Counted from the first letter of the stretch, positions 24,790-37,795 are shown. The stretch is 64,000 bases of DNA from Eledone cirrhosa (GCA_964016885.1 OZ024747.1:33046001-33110000), one strand, 5' to 3'. Program-made: numbers and translations. The notes: a model not told the origin generated them from the letters alone.

Positions 24790-27311
24790 AACCATGTTAA
24801 GGCTGTGCACGGCAGTGGGGTGGCTAGAGTGGACATGTGTGAGAATCCCACGACCGTCATAAAGCAATCGCACAACAGGAAAAAAACCGGATGTCGCATC
24901 TCAGAGTTGCCACACTTAATGTTGGCACTCTAACAAGTCGATCTGGTGAGATTGCAGAGATGCTGGAGAGAAGGCATGTGGTTGTGTGCTGTGTGCTGTG
25001 TGCAAGAGGTACGATGGAGAGGTGCCTCTGCAAGACTAATCGCAGTCAAACATCGTAGTTATAAGCTTTTCTGGGTGGGTAATGATGATGAGTTGGCATA
25101 TTACTGGCTGAGAGATGGATCAATAAGACAATAGAGGTAGTAACAGAATAATTAAGATTAGATTAGTTGTAGGCAAGAGACAACTGACAATCATTTCTAC
25201 CTATGCTCCCCAGGCAGGCCTAGGTAAAGAAGACAAAGACTGCTTTTACGAGCAACATTTACAAACAGCCTCAATGACAGAGGACAGAGACATCGTTATG
25301 CTAGCAGGGGACTTCAATAGACATGTTGGGCAACTCCAGCATGGATACACTGGGGTACATGGTGGGCACGGTTACGGCTCAAGAAATGAAGAAGGGGTGA
25401 GACTTCTTGAATTTTGTTATGCAAATACACTAACCATTTGCAACACTAACTTCCAAAAGCCTACCAACCACCTAATAACCTACAAAATAGGCGAGCACAT
25501 AAGCCAGATTGACTTCCTGCTAGTTAGACAGCGAGACAGACGGAGGGTGTCAAATACTAAGGCTTATCCTGGGGAAGAATGTACCCCAGTGCATAGGTTA
25601 GTCGTTAGTGACATCTCAGTAAGCAAAAGAAATAATGAGACATACAGGAAGGTGTGGAAAAGAAAGGTCTGGAAGCTAAAAGACCTTTCATTAAAATATA
25701 AATTTAGCAAAGCCCTTCAAGATGTGTACGACGAAAAAAAAAGACGATTTAGAGTTGTATGACATAGATGATAACTGGAATTTCTTGCGTGACAACTTAC
25801 TGCAGGCTACTGAAGAAACTTGTGGTTGGGGCAGAGCTTCCACCAGACAGAGAGTGACCTGGTGGTGGAACAGCACAGTAGATAAGGCCATTAGAGACAA
25901 AAGACTGGCATGGAAAGCTTGGAAAAATGGTGGGAGTAGAGACGGATACACAGCCGTTAAGGGAAAAGATAGACGTCAGGTGTACTTAGCACGCAGGGAG
26001 GCGGAGAGTAGAAGGTTTGCCAATGTCCTGCGACGGGAAAATCAGAGACGTGCGGTGTTCCGCATTGCAAGGCAGTGTGTCAGTGAAAATCAGAATGTTG
26101 TTGGAGATAAGTGTGTCCGAAATTATACTGGTGTACTTAGTGTCACGAATGATCAAAGAAGGAGGCCTGGAAATGTCATTATGAGAGACTGATGAATCTA
26201 GAGAACGAATGGGACAGAGGGGAATTACATCCCAGTAGACTCGACAGAAGGACCAGCTATTGAGATTGACGAATATAGGGTACAAGAGGCATTTAAGGAA
26301 ATAAAGAATAGTAAGGCTGCTGGACCGTCAGAGATAGTTGCTGAGATGCTGAAGGCTTCAGAAGTAGGCACTAAACTAGTTGCACGCATCATTAATCAAG
26401 CTATATATGGTAGTGTCATACCCAAAGACTGGTGCAGCAGTATTCTCATAAATTGTTACAAAGGTAAAGTGGATGCGCTAGAGAGGAGGAATTATAAGGC
26501 ATAAAGCTGATGGATCAGGTTATGAAAGTGGTAGAGAGAATATTAGCGCAACTGATTAGAGAAAGGGTCAATTTAGATGAGATGCAGTTTGGTTTTGTGC
26601 CTCGGAAAAGTACAACAGATGCCCTCTTCATAGTGAGGCAACTACAAGTGAGGTTCTTAGAGAAAAATAAGCCTCTATACTTAGTTTTGTTTACCTAGAG
26701 ATGGCCTTTGATAGGGTACCCAGATCTGTCATCTGGTGGTCCCTAAGGAAACTAGGGCTAGAGGAATGGCTTGTGAGGACAGTGCAAGCTATGTACAGGG
26801 GTTCTGTCAGTAAAGTGAGAATAGGAATGGAGTTTAGTGAGGAATTCCAGATACAAGTAGGTGTACCTCAGCCCAGTGTTGTTCATTATAATGCTCCAAG
26901 CCATAACAGAGGAGTTTAAGACTGGATGCCCATGGGAACTTCTTAATGCTGATGATCTGGTTCTTATAGCAGAATCAGTAGACGAGCTAGAGAATAAATT
27001 CTGTCTATGGAAATAGCAGTTGGAATCAAGAGGCCTGAGAGTGAATATAACTAAAGCAAAGGCGTTGATAAGTAGAAGAGAAGACAATACTCTGATTCCA
27101 TCAGGGAAATGTCCATGTTCGATATGTAGGAAAGGAACTGGCATAAATTCCATAAAATGTATGCAATACAGATCTTGGGTACCCAAGAGATGTAGTAGGC
27201 AAACTAACAGGTAGGGAAAACTACGTATGCAGTAGATGTACAGGGAAAGTTGGTAGTAGTAATCGATGTGACAGACTCATTTTTTCAATGCAGGTGGGTT
27301 CTATATCAGTG
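24790..27311 (+). mobile_element. RTE-clade LINE (second subfamily), EN plus RT, 3'-truncated
   Basis: ORFs 25274..25762 (AGDFN, SQIDF), 25722..26192 (TWWWN), 26510..26698, 26701..26919, 27020..27214; closely similar to 19916-22100 in opposite orientation. Confidence 0.93.
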
Positions 27312-28457
27312 GATATATATATATAAACGTGTGTGTGTGTAAGAGAATTAACCATTTCTTCCTCTGTGCATGTTTTTTCTAATAAAACACTTTTACTTTT
27401 CTGCAATGCATTGTTTAATATATATATATATACATATATATATGAGAAAGGTCTGATCAGTTAGGCGCACCATACCCTGCTCATAGTGGAATATGTGTTT
27501 TGGCTGGGTTTTTACAGCTGCTGGATGCCCTTCCTAACACCAATCACATTTGCCATGTGGTTACAGTGTGGGTCCATTTATGAGGCATGTCTGGCATGTT
27601 GACCGTGCCCTACCTAGCTCATACATGTGAGCAGATAGAAGTAAATTTGATGAGAAGGATGGAAAGAGTTAGCAAAATGATGATGATGTCATGAGTGCGA
27701 GTGAGTATGTGTGTATATGTATTTATACATATGTCTATATGTATGTTTATCTATATAAAATGCATATATGTATATTTGAAGAAATAAAACAGCCTTATAC
27801 TTAGTTGTAAGCAATCCTTTCTATTTATCTACTAATCTTATTCTGTGAACAGAGATCTAACATAAGAAAATGGTACAGTACCCCTCCCCATCCTCTCTAT
27901 TAATATAATCAAGGGGTCCTGTTCTGAACTGACAAGAAACAGACAAGATATCTAATTTACAACTGAGGTCATATGTCTATTCAATCAGAAGGGACCTTGT
28001 GCTATACAACTTTGAACTTCGGTTTCAAATTAATATCATTTTATACAACTGAGTTCACCTCATATTTTCTCACTGAATTCTTCTATTCCTTGTTCAATGA
28101 TTATATCAAGATATGAACAACACATAAACCTCCTTGAAATTGGCATCAAAAGAGCATCCTAACATTTCTCATTGATGTTTTGTTTTTTCATATATATCAT
28201 GTACATGTATATAATATACATGAAGATCAGACGTTGGTTATCCTAGAAGTCAGAGAATGTTTGGAACAGAAAAACTTACAATGTCTAATATTGGGTTTGA
28301 GTTTATGATACCAACTGATTTACCTCCAATATTATTCATGTTTAGAAATCTATATCAAATATTTGCAACCAGTATATCATATAGTAAGATATGTTTTAGA
28401 ACAACTACATCAGGATATATACAATATATATGTGTATAGGACAGTTATATATATATT

Positions 28458-28516
28458 GCTGTTATATATATTTCGGTGATAACTATTATGCAACAGTTAT
28501 GACCTCATCAGACGGC
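28458..28516 (-). ncRNA. Type I hammerhead motif, family H4
   Basis: Minus strand GCcGT-CTGATGA-GGTcATAACTGTT gcat AATAGTTATcACC-GAAA-tatata-TA|ACAGC. Confidence 0.8.
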
Positions 28517-28724
28517 TAGAATTTTAACAAAAAAAAACAGAAATCAAAGAAAAATATTCCTTTTGTTGTTTAAATTCATTGATATTCCCTGGGCTGATAT
28601 TTGGTGTTGCTCTCTCAAAGCACCAGTGACATATACTTTGAGAGAGCAACACCAAATATCTATGAATCGAAACAACAGAAGTAAGCTTTATTTCTTCTTT
28701 ATATTTTTTTCTGTTCAACTTTTA

Positions 28725-28783
28725 GATGTCTGATGAGGTCATAACTGTTGCGTAACGGTTATCACCGAAATATATATAACAGC
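28725..28783 (+). ncRNA. Type I hammerhead motif, family H4
   Basis: GaTGT-CTGATGA-GGTcATAACTGTT gcgt AACGGTTATcACC-GAAA-tatata-TA|ACAGC; long stem II, palindromic loop III. Confidence 0.8.
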
Positions 28784-28833
28784 GATTATGAATAAATGAA
28801 GTTAACTTGTACTTCATGATTATGTATATATAC

Positions 28834-28916
<83 letters not shown>

Positions 28917-28922
28917 TATATA

Positions 28923-28959
<37 letters not shown>

Positions 28960-29610
28960 TTAAGTGAACATAATATTTGTGAATAATTTTGACAAATGAT
29001 ATCATATCTGGTATTTTTAGTTTTCAAATAAGTTCTGTCAGTTTTTTTTAAATGTTAATAAAATGTCTTATGCATTCTATATTTGACAGACATGTGACTT
29101 CGGTTAACAGCTGTAAACTTCATAATTCTCAATGGTAAGCTGTTTTAATATAAGAAAGTTAAAGATGTGTTCTATTTCAAATATGAGCACAGAACAGTAT
29201 ATAATGATTTGTTACAGTCAAACTCCCAGGGTTTGCTTTGCCAATAAGATGATACTTATGAACAGCTATAAATATATTAATATGATATTTTGTAAAATAG
29301 AAATGATAAATAAATGATAAATAACAATCAATCATTTATCATAGCTTATCTGTTACATTGAAATTTTTATCAGCATGTTTCTAGTAGCATTTATTGCAGT
29401 ATCAATTACACTCCTGAAATACATGCTATTGTGTAGCTGCCTTAGTCCAATGACTCAAACTATTAAAAATGTATACCACCCATCAGGTTAGATAGTAATT
29501 TAACTCTATTTCAACAACAACATAACACACTTGCTGTAATTTACAAAGCTAACCAAAAAATCAATAACAAAAGATTAAATCCTATGTAGGTATGACGGAG
29601 GGCAGGTTTA

Positions 29611-29720
29611 AGGCTGAAATAAAGGGGACAAAGGCAGAAAGGGTTCCATCAACAGAAGACCGGACAAATCTAATCAGACAACACTCGCCTCCTATGTTTG
29701 GGACCTCAAAAGGAACTCCA
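29611..29720. mobile_element. Junction of an inverted H1-unit fragment (29611-29656) and a small PLE GIY-YIG fragment (+)
   Basis: 29611-29656 is the reverse complement of about 54648-54692; then DKSNQTTLASYVWDLKRN resembles TSSLSSYVHSLK and TALANKVWEFK of the other PLEs here. Confidence 0.6.
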
Positions 29721-30300
29721 CCCCCTACATGCAAGTACTTCTTACCTATCTGCTCTTCTGCATGTAGAGCGTACTTCACCTTTATACTGTATATATGTGT
29801 ATATTTATGAGTGTATGTTTGTACGTATTTGTATGAGTGGCCGTACGTATGTATGAGTATGTTTGTGTGTACCTGCGTTTATATATATATGCGTATATGT
29901 GTATGTTGTGTGTATATATATATATGTGTGTATGTGTATGTGTGTATATATATATATATATTTATATCTTTATATGTATATATATGTATGTATATGTGTA
30001 TGTATATGTATATATATATGTGTCTATATATGTGTGTATGTATGTATTTATGTGTATATGTATATATATATGTGTATGTGTGTGTATATATATATGTTTT
30101 TCTTTATATATATGTCTGTATATGTATATATATGTATGTATTTGTATATGTATATTATATGTATGTGTGTGCAAGTTTGTATATGTGTATATATATATAA
30201 GTTTATGTATATGTATATGTATGTATATATATATGTGTATATATATATAAAAGAAATGAATACAAAGGAGTATATACCGTTAAAACATGTTTATATAACA

Positions 30301-30345
30301 ATGCACCTACGTACGTTTCGCCCAGAACGGGCTTCTCAAGGGCAT
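30301..30345 (-). ncRNA. Type I hammerhead motif, family H3 (U3-A8 core variant)
   Basis: Minus strand ATGCCC-TTGAGAA-GCCC gttct GGGC-GAAA-cgtacg-TA|GGtGCAT. Confidence 0.8.
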
Positions 30346-30698
30346 AGAAAACAAAAAAAAAATGATCAGTACGCGACCCAGGAGGGGTTTTAAGGTTAAA
30401 TTCCATAACACTCCGGTGGGAAGGCGGCGCAAACAAACATCTGTGAACTAAATATACATCCCAGACCCAGCTCGAACCGGCATTAGTAAAGCAGCGCCTA
30501 CAAAATAATAACGCAAAACACCATCATGTGAACGGGTAAAAAAGCCAGTGGGACAGGATTATTCAAGCACCGACAGGAGTTACTCCTCCTGCTCTGTGGC
30601 AATAACAACACATGTACTTATACGAAGAATGAACTCTGATGTGAATTTAACCTTAAAACCCCTCCTGGGTCGCTTACTGATCATTTTTTTGTTTTCTC

Positions 30699-30741
30699 TG
30701 CCCTTGAGAAGCCCGTTCTGGGCGAAACGTACGTAGATGCA
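30699..30741 (+). ncRNA. Type I hammerhead motif, family H3 (U3-A8 core variant)
   Basis: TGCCC-TTGAGAA-GCCC gttct GGGC-GAAA-cgtacg-TA|GatGCA. Confidence 0.75.
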
Positions 30742-31001
30742 GTTATATAAACATGTTTTAACGGTATATACACCTTTGTATTCATTTCTTTTGTAACCGC
30801 TTTGCTTATTTTCTCGCCCACTAAATATTAACGCTTCTAATATTTAACCCGGTAGGCACACGTATTCAGCACATTTGCACAAACTATTGGCAACTAAATA
30901 TATGTATCGCTTATCTTTCCTTTTTTCTCTCTCTCGTTACTTAAACATTCTATATATTTATAAATTACACAATTATCAAACTTATGCTCAAATCATTTAA
31001 T

Positions 31002-31048
31002 TGCTGACAATCATTTCTTCCAAACTTTCGTTTGGAGTCATCAGAGCA
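31002..31048 (-). ncRNA. Type I hammerhead motif, family H2
   Basis: Minus strand TGCT-CTGATGA-cTCCAAAC gaaa GTTTGGAa-GAAA-tgattg-TC|AGCA. Confidence 0.8.
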
Positions 31049-31972
31049 TTATCAATGTTTGTACATATAATTAACCTCCTATTCAACTGAACAATCATAT
31101 ATATATATATATATATATTGATGTTGTGAGCAACAGTTTCGTATTTACAGGGTGTAATGGATGCGACTGGTATTATAAGAGAATTTTACAAAAATTAAAA
31201 TTAAAATTAAAACCACAGAGTGGAATACATGCGACAGATAATGCAAGAGAATAGTCTAATAATTAAAGAGGCATTGAGAAAGAAGCATTAACACCTTATT
31301 AAACTCTTTTGAAAATGATCTAATTAAACTAGTTAAGAACATAAGGTACAAAAAACATCGTAATAGAAACAATACCTTATTAAACAACCCAAACTTCACT
31401 ATTAAAGGATTTAATAAATATAAACAAATTCTAGTACATGCAGATAAAACTAAATATATATATAGCTTAGATTACGATACATATAGAAAATTCAGATATA
31501 AAGAACTGCATAGGAGCTATAAGAAAACTACTACTAAAAAACTAGAAGATATAAATATAGAAGGCCGTAGTATAGTGTGTAAATTGGGACTTCAGAGACA
31601 TACACAGCCATTTCCCCCTTACCCCCCCCCCCCCCTCAAGATTCTCTCTGAAGGACCATAAAGAAGACTTCATTAGTAACCCTTCGATAAGACTAATTTG
31701 ACATTGATATTATCAGCAAGAAAATATTAGATAGAATCATCCCTCAATTTAAGCACAAAATATATCTTAACCAATGGGGAAATACAGGTGAAGTTATTGA
31801 ATGGTTCAAGGATATTAAAGAGAATTAAAAAAATTTGTATACAATTTGATATCAAAATAGTAACCTGACTAGATCCAAAATTGATGTCATACTTGCGGCC
31901 CGAAAAACCATAATTAGATTTGAAGATCAAATATGGACCTGCAAGGATACGCATAACAACTTTGACATAAGT

Positions 31973-32608
31973 ATGGGATCTAGTGACTCGGCGCAGGTCA
32001 GTGATTTGGTGGGCCTATATCTACTGAATGAAATTCATAAGAATCTACCCTACCTCAATGGTAGTTCATACCGCGATGATGCACTACTCCTTATAGACTA
32101 TACAAAATTTAATATAGAAAGAACTAGGAAACAATTACATAACATTTTCAAAAACTTCAACTTAAGTATCACCTTAGATAAAAACACTAAAAACGTGAAC
32201 TTCCTTGATGATACCCTTTACCTGGACTCTAAAATATACACACCTTTTCATAAACCAAACGAAAAACTAATTAATGTGAATACCAACTCTAAACACCCTA
32301 AATCCATATCAAACTCAATTACTAAAGGAATATCTAATATAACCTCTAATCTATCATATAATGAAACCATATTTAACAATAATACACAATACTATAATGA
32401 GGCCTTAGCTAAATCAGGACATAAGAATGGGATTGAATTCATACCTATAAAATCATATAGTTACAACATTATTTCTCACAATATGGCCATGAGGAAAACT
32501 AATAAAAGTACTAGCCACTCTAACTCTAATACGAAGGGTAATATTAAACTTAACTCGCACCAGAGTAAACACCACAATAATAATATAAACAGGAATACAA
32601 ATACCTAA
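31973..32608 (+). pseudogene. PLE reverse transcriptase C-terminal half/thumb
   Basis: YRDD, VNFLD..L, PFHKPNEKL..VN..SKHP..I, YNEAL.KSG. Confidence 0.88.
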
Positions 32609-32909
32609 AAAACATTACAAAAAACAAAAATAGAAGAACTAATACATTCTTCAATCCCCTTTCAATCTAACCGTCTCTACCAACTTGCCTAAGGCTTCCT
32701 TCTCAATCTTAGAAAAAAACTTCCCATCGGCCAGAAATACTATAATCTTATCAATAAAAATACCATTAAAATCTCTTACTCTACCACACCTAACATCGCG
32801 TACCATATAGCTAGTAGTAATAAAAGGAAGATTAATAATTATTTCCAACTAATTAAAACACAACAGGAAGTAAACTTAGTACCTGTAAATCCTAGTAGTA
32901 ATAGTAATA

Positions 32910-33452
32910 ATGGTAATAGCACTAATGAAATCAATAACAATAGGAATGACAACCATCATTACCCTAATGCTGTCCCAGACTTCTACACAACATAGTAACC
33001 AGCAAGCAAACATACAGAATAAATGTAACTGTAGAACTAATAGAACTTGTCCCTTAGGTAATAATTGCTTAATCAAAGACATCATTTACTCATGCACGGT
33101 CAACGCAAACAACTCTTCTAAAACATATATTAGCTCTACTTCGAACTGCTTCAAGACGAGATACAACTCGCACCTCCACTCTTTCAAAAAACACAATCTA
33201 GCCAACACTTCTTCTTTATCTAGCTACGTACACTCTCTGAAAACTAGGAATAGACCATTTACACTTCAATGGAAAGTAGTAGGTAGGGCTATATCGTATG
33301 AACCACCGAATAAATTGTGTAACCTCTGTCTTCTAGAGACCCGTACTATAATCTTTTCGAAACCAGACCCGCTAAATAGAAAATCAGAGGTGTTTTCTTC
33401 ATGTGAACCCCACTACCGACACTCGTTCCATAACTTTAAACCTAGCTGCTAG
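32910..33452 (+). pseudogene. PLE Cys-rich linker plus GIY-YIG endonuclease
   Basis: CNCR...CPLG.C, IIYSC..., TYIS.TS, FKTRY, W.VV.RA..Y, CNLCLLE, LNRKSE.FS.C. Confidence 0.88.
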
Positions 33453-34776
33453 TATATAACAATGTCAGATTTGAATTCCTCACCGCCATTAACACTTCAT
33501 CTCCAGGACTTAACATCCCCCACAGCAACACACTTTTTGATCAGCTCTTTCCTCTACACAACTATTTATCTCTAACCTTATACTATACAATAACTATTAG
33601 AAATAAACATAATATAACTACTAAAGCTTAATTATATTATATACAGTAATGGATATATATGTAGAGACATTTAATGTAATATGTAATAATAAATTATATA
33701 TACATGTATAATTAAATATTTAAATTAATAGCATTGTATATAAGGGATTTACTTTTAACACAATATAATAATAATAAATTATATATACATTTATAATTAA
33801 ATATATAAATTAATAGCATTGAATATAAGGGATTAACTTTTAACACAATATAATATATATTATTACACAAATGATTTAACTCTTTGGACATGTAAACAGC
33901 TATACATTTTTCCATAACTTATATCTTGTCCAGTAATGGATAGATAACAATCTAATGAGACCTTTAATGTATTATGGGAAAATAGACTGTATTTAAAATT
34001 AAGTATAAATATATAACATCATGTAATAGAGATTCATTTGTATCACAATATAATGTGTATTAGAGCAAAGAATTTAAATAATTGAATTTAATTTTATTAG
34101 CTAGTTACCTCCCCTTACGCATTAGCTCCCCTTAATCTTGGATCTCATACTCACTTCCGGAAATTAAACCGTTGGAAAAACTATCTGTTGAACAACTCTA
34201 ATCCATGAATAAGAATACAATAAGACCAATTCACAATCCATTGCTGTAACTAACTTAGAACATTAAATATAAACATTAACTAAAATATAATTCAACGTAT
34301 GTAATGGAAAAGACTACAATAACTTTGATTTTCTCAACACACACAAATTTGAACACTATCATCATATTACATCCGCCAAAAGGTTTTAATACATTAACAC
34401 ATTTTCTTGCCATACAGTATTTATTTATTTATCTATATATGCCTAATACCTTTGCTTATTTCCTTCTCATATATATGACTAACTCATGTGCACTTTCTAA
34501 TCGATTGCATATGTACTGCTAATGTACTCATTCTTTCTCAATGCTTCTTTCTCAATGCCTCCTTAATTATTAGACTATTCTCTTGTATTATCTGTTGCAT
34601 GTATTCCACTCTATGCTTTTAATTTTAATTTTAATTCTTGTACAATTCTCTTATAATATATGCTGCATCCATTACAATCTGTAAATACGAAACTGTTGCT
34701 CACAACATCAATATATATGTATCTATATGATTGTTCAGTTGAATAGGAGGTTAATTATATGTCCACACATTGATAA

Positions 34777-34823
34777 TGCTCCGATGACCCCAAACGATAG
34801 TTTGGAAGAAACGATTGTCAGCA
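34777..34823 (+). ncRNA. Type I hammerhead motif, family H2 (U4C)
   Basis: TGCT-CCGATGA-ccCCAAAC gata GTTTGGaa-GAAA-CgattG-TC|AGCA. Confidence 0.75.
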
Positions 34824-35000
34824 ATTAAATGATTTGAACATAACTTTTTGATAATTGTGTAATTTATATTCCTGCTCTGTAAAATACCTGATGTTCTTAC
34901 ATTGAGCTATTTCTATTACTGGTAATAAGGTAGTAGGAAATTACTGACCTTTCCTCTTTATAGTTGTTTATAGTATATAGATAACTATAAATAGTATCAT

Positions 35001-35088
35001 TGCCTTTCATCCTTACGGGGTCGATAAAATAGAGTACCAGTAATACACCGGGTTATTGCTGGCCTTGTGCCAAAAGTAGAAACAATTA
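35001..35088 (+). mobile_element. 5'-truncated S1 SINE
   Basis: TGCCTTTCATCCTTACGGGGTCGATAAAAT...GTAGAAACAATTA. Confidence 0.85.
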
Positions 35089-35212
35089 TATATATATACA
35101 ATAAAGTATGTCGATAGAATCATTTGATAAAATCTATACACCATCTCCTCTCCCAATCAGCATCATCAACCACATAAAAAAACAATTAAACAAGGCTATA
35201 AGATTAAAAGCC

Positions 35213-35959
35213 ACCGAAAACGATAAACGGAAAAAAATGAAACGAAATTTCATTTCTCACTTCTTCCTTTGTCTGGGTTGAAGAAATGCGCAACGATGGT
35301 TGCTAGACACTGTACGGCTTAATTCGGGATGTTTGTTTACAAACACACCGAGCATTATAATAAATGTTCGGTGAATCCATACGTACATATATATATGTGT
35401 GCATGTATGTATATATATATATATACATACTACTGTACGTCTGTATACATATATGTATGTACGTATACATACTTATATTTAAGTAACAGCCGTACTAAGA
35501 GTGAGAAATGAAATTTCGTTTCATTTTTTCCGTTTATAATTTTCGGTACCCCGGCCTATTAACTCACTCAATATACAAATTAGACTGCTCAGCCGTTAAT
35601 ATGCATAAGGAAAGTATATACTTTCAGACGTTCAATCATCAGGCAGGAAGGTATACGTTGCTGACGATAGCTAATAAGCTATAACTAGTACAGCGTTCCT
35701 TTGTCAGGGTTGAAGAAATGAGCGACGATGGTTGCTAGACACTGTACGGCTTAATTCGGGATGTTTGTTTACAAACACACCGAGCATTATAATAAATGTT
35801 CGGTGAATCCATACGTACATATATATATGTGTATATGTATGTATATATATATACATACTACTGTACGTCTGTATACATATATGTATGTACGTATACATAC
35901 TTATATTTAAGTAACAGCCGTACTAAGAGTGAGAAATGAAATTTCGTTTCATTTTTCCC

Positions 35960-35965
<6 letters not shown>
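35213..35965 (+). mobile_element. H6 unit: partial tandem (period about 432 bp) with short 5' inversion and degenerate HHR at 35655-35696
   Basis: 35267-35537 repeats at 35699-35965; 35213-35261 is an inverted copy of about 35499-35547; ACGTTG-CTGACGA-TAGCT aata AGCTA-taa-ctag-TA|CAGCGT (GAAA damaged). Confidence 0.75.
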
Positions 35966-36005
<40 letters not shown>

Positions 36006-36023
36006 CTATATATATATATATAG

Positions 36024-36101
<78 letters not shown>

Positions 36102-36163
36102 TGGGATATATGTGTCTGCATGTGTGTATGTATGTCTGTATTTGTATGTGTATGTATGTATAC

Positions 36164-36585
36164 CCTGGCAAAGAGCGGAAAAAACAAAGATAATACGTCA
36201 TTATTTGGAGCGGTGAAAACAATTACACGCAAAGACAAAACTACGTTTATGGTATAAATGAAGTCGTAGAATAATATTCTATTAGGTGGTTCGTGGAGAC
36301 GATCTCTGGCAATGAACGTGGAAAACCAAAGATAATACGTCATTCTGTGGAGCGTGGAGAACAATTACACGCAAAGAAGAAACCACGTTTATAGCATAAC
36401 TGAAGTCGTAGACTAAAATTCTATTCAGGAAACCGAATGATTCTCGGCTTCAGAGTTAAGAATAATGTAAATAAATTACAGAGGTAATTGAAATCAACAA
36501 AAATTAATTGTTTTCCTCGCTCCAAATAATGACGTATTGTCTTCGTTTTTTCCCGTTCTTTGCCAGGGAACGTTTCCACGAACCA
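36164..36585. repeat. About 142-bp unit in tandem (36164, 36306) plus inverted partial copy (36505-36585)
   Basis: CAAAGATAATACGTCATT.T.TGGAGCG..GA.AACAATTACACGCAAAGA shared between copies. Confidence 0.8.
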
Positions 36586-36818
36586 ACATATCGTCTTCCT
36601 GTCTTCCTTCGGTTGCAACGTTTTTCGAAATATTTACTTCTGCGTTCACAGATTGATTTTTTAGTTTCAGAAGATCCCGTTAAGGATGAAAGCCGATTCT
36701 TTGCTTCCACTTTAATCTGTTATTTTAATAAATATTTGCTCTACGGTTCTTATATATTTGATATATATTTATCCTCATCGATCCCTCTTTGGATTTTAGT
36801 CTTCCAATTTATTATTAT

Positions 36819-36876
<58 letters not shown>

Positions 36877-36904
36877 AAACATAAACGAACTAAGGAAAAC
36901 ATTA

Positions 36905-37643
36905 GAAATAAGTGGGATCAGATGTTGTTTACTCGAGAGAAGGCTACGTTGGTATGGTCACGTGATGCGCATGAAGGACGATAGCTGTATAACAAAGTGC
37001 AGGGCAATAAAGATAGACGGTAGCCACGGAATAGGCAGACCCAGAAAAACCTGGGACGAGCTGATAAATTCCGACCTCACACACTTACACCTCACCAAGA
37101 CAATGTCACTGGACAGAGAACTTTGGCGGTACTCAGTAATAGAGAAGACCCGCCTTAACTAAATACAAAGTAAAACCTACTACAGTCAGTAGGCATCTCT
37201 AACAAAATACACCCCCGTCCCACCCACCCCACCCCATCCACACTGCCCCTTTCAATGTAAAGTTATGTTGGTGCCACAACATCCAGGCCTAAACAAATGA
37301 GATCGTGTAGTGTCACGTCAAAAAACACACAGTTCACGCTGTAATGTGGCCGTGTAGGCAATACGGTAAAAACCTCCCAGCCCCACACTGTAAATGTGGT
37401 TGGTGTTAGGAAGGGCATCCAGCTGTAGAAAACCCGCCAGACAGTCCACGCTGTAATGTGGCCGTGTAGGCAACACGGTAAAAACCTCCCAGCCCCACAC
37501 TGTAAATGTGTTTGGTGTTAGGAAGGGCATCCAGCTGTAGAAAACCCGCCAGATAGTCCTATGCGAGCAAGATAATCACTCTTGCCTCAAGTGGGAAAAC
37601 CCCCGTCCAAACCCATGCAAGCGTGGAACACGGACGTTAAACG
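36905..37643 (+). mobile_element. 5'-truncated RTE LINE 3' end with a 121-bp tandem duplication in the 3' UTR
   Basis: RLRWYGHVMRM..DSCI.KC...GRPRKTW, matching 15522-16157; repeat 37326-37444 / 37447-37553. Confidence 0.9.
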
Positions 37644-37752
37644 CTTATTATAGCGCCCGCTTTGTTCGTTTGTAAACAAACTGAACAGCCTGAATTTATG
37701 CCGCACGGTGTTAAGGCAACCACGTCACCTTTTGTTCAACACTGACACAGGA

Positions 37753-37795
37753 ACGATGTACTAGTTTCAAGCTTGTTAGCTATCATCAGAACCGT
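37753..37795 (-). ncRNA. Type I hammerhead motif, family H6
   Basis: Minus strand ACGGTt-CTGATGA-tAGCT aaca AGCTt-GAAA-ctag-TA|cATCGT. Confidence 0.78.

Larger units (their letters stand above)
30249..30792. mobile_element. Non-coding unit with about 150-bp inverted arms (30249-30403 / 30643-30792), each with an H3 hammerhead
   Basis: Arms are reverse complements with few mismatches; the left end abuts (TA)n. Confidence 0.85.
30958..34868 (+). mobile_element. Penelope-like element with inverted pseudo-LTRs (30958-31288 minus, 34540-34868 plus)
   Basis: Broken ORF 31290-33452 (FENDL..LVKNI, ADKT, LKDHKEDF..NP..RLI, MGS...AQVSDLVGLY, YRDD, CNCR...CPLGNNC, YIS.TS..FKTRY..H, CNLCL.E), flanked by about 330-bp inverted repeats each with an HHR. 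Confidence 0.9.

Noticed and set aside
27780-28400. Coding fragment (RT or host exon)
   Set aside because: No frame I examined gave a convincing motif; multiple stops.
32910-33452. Selenocysteine (TGA) recoding in the PLE ORFs
   Set aside because: The conserved Cys positions I could read in the three PLEs use TGT/TGC; stops and frameshifts look like random decay.
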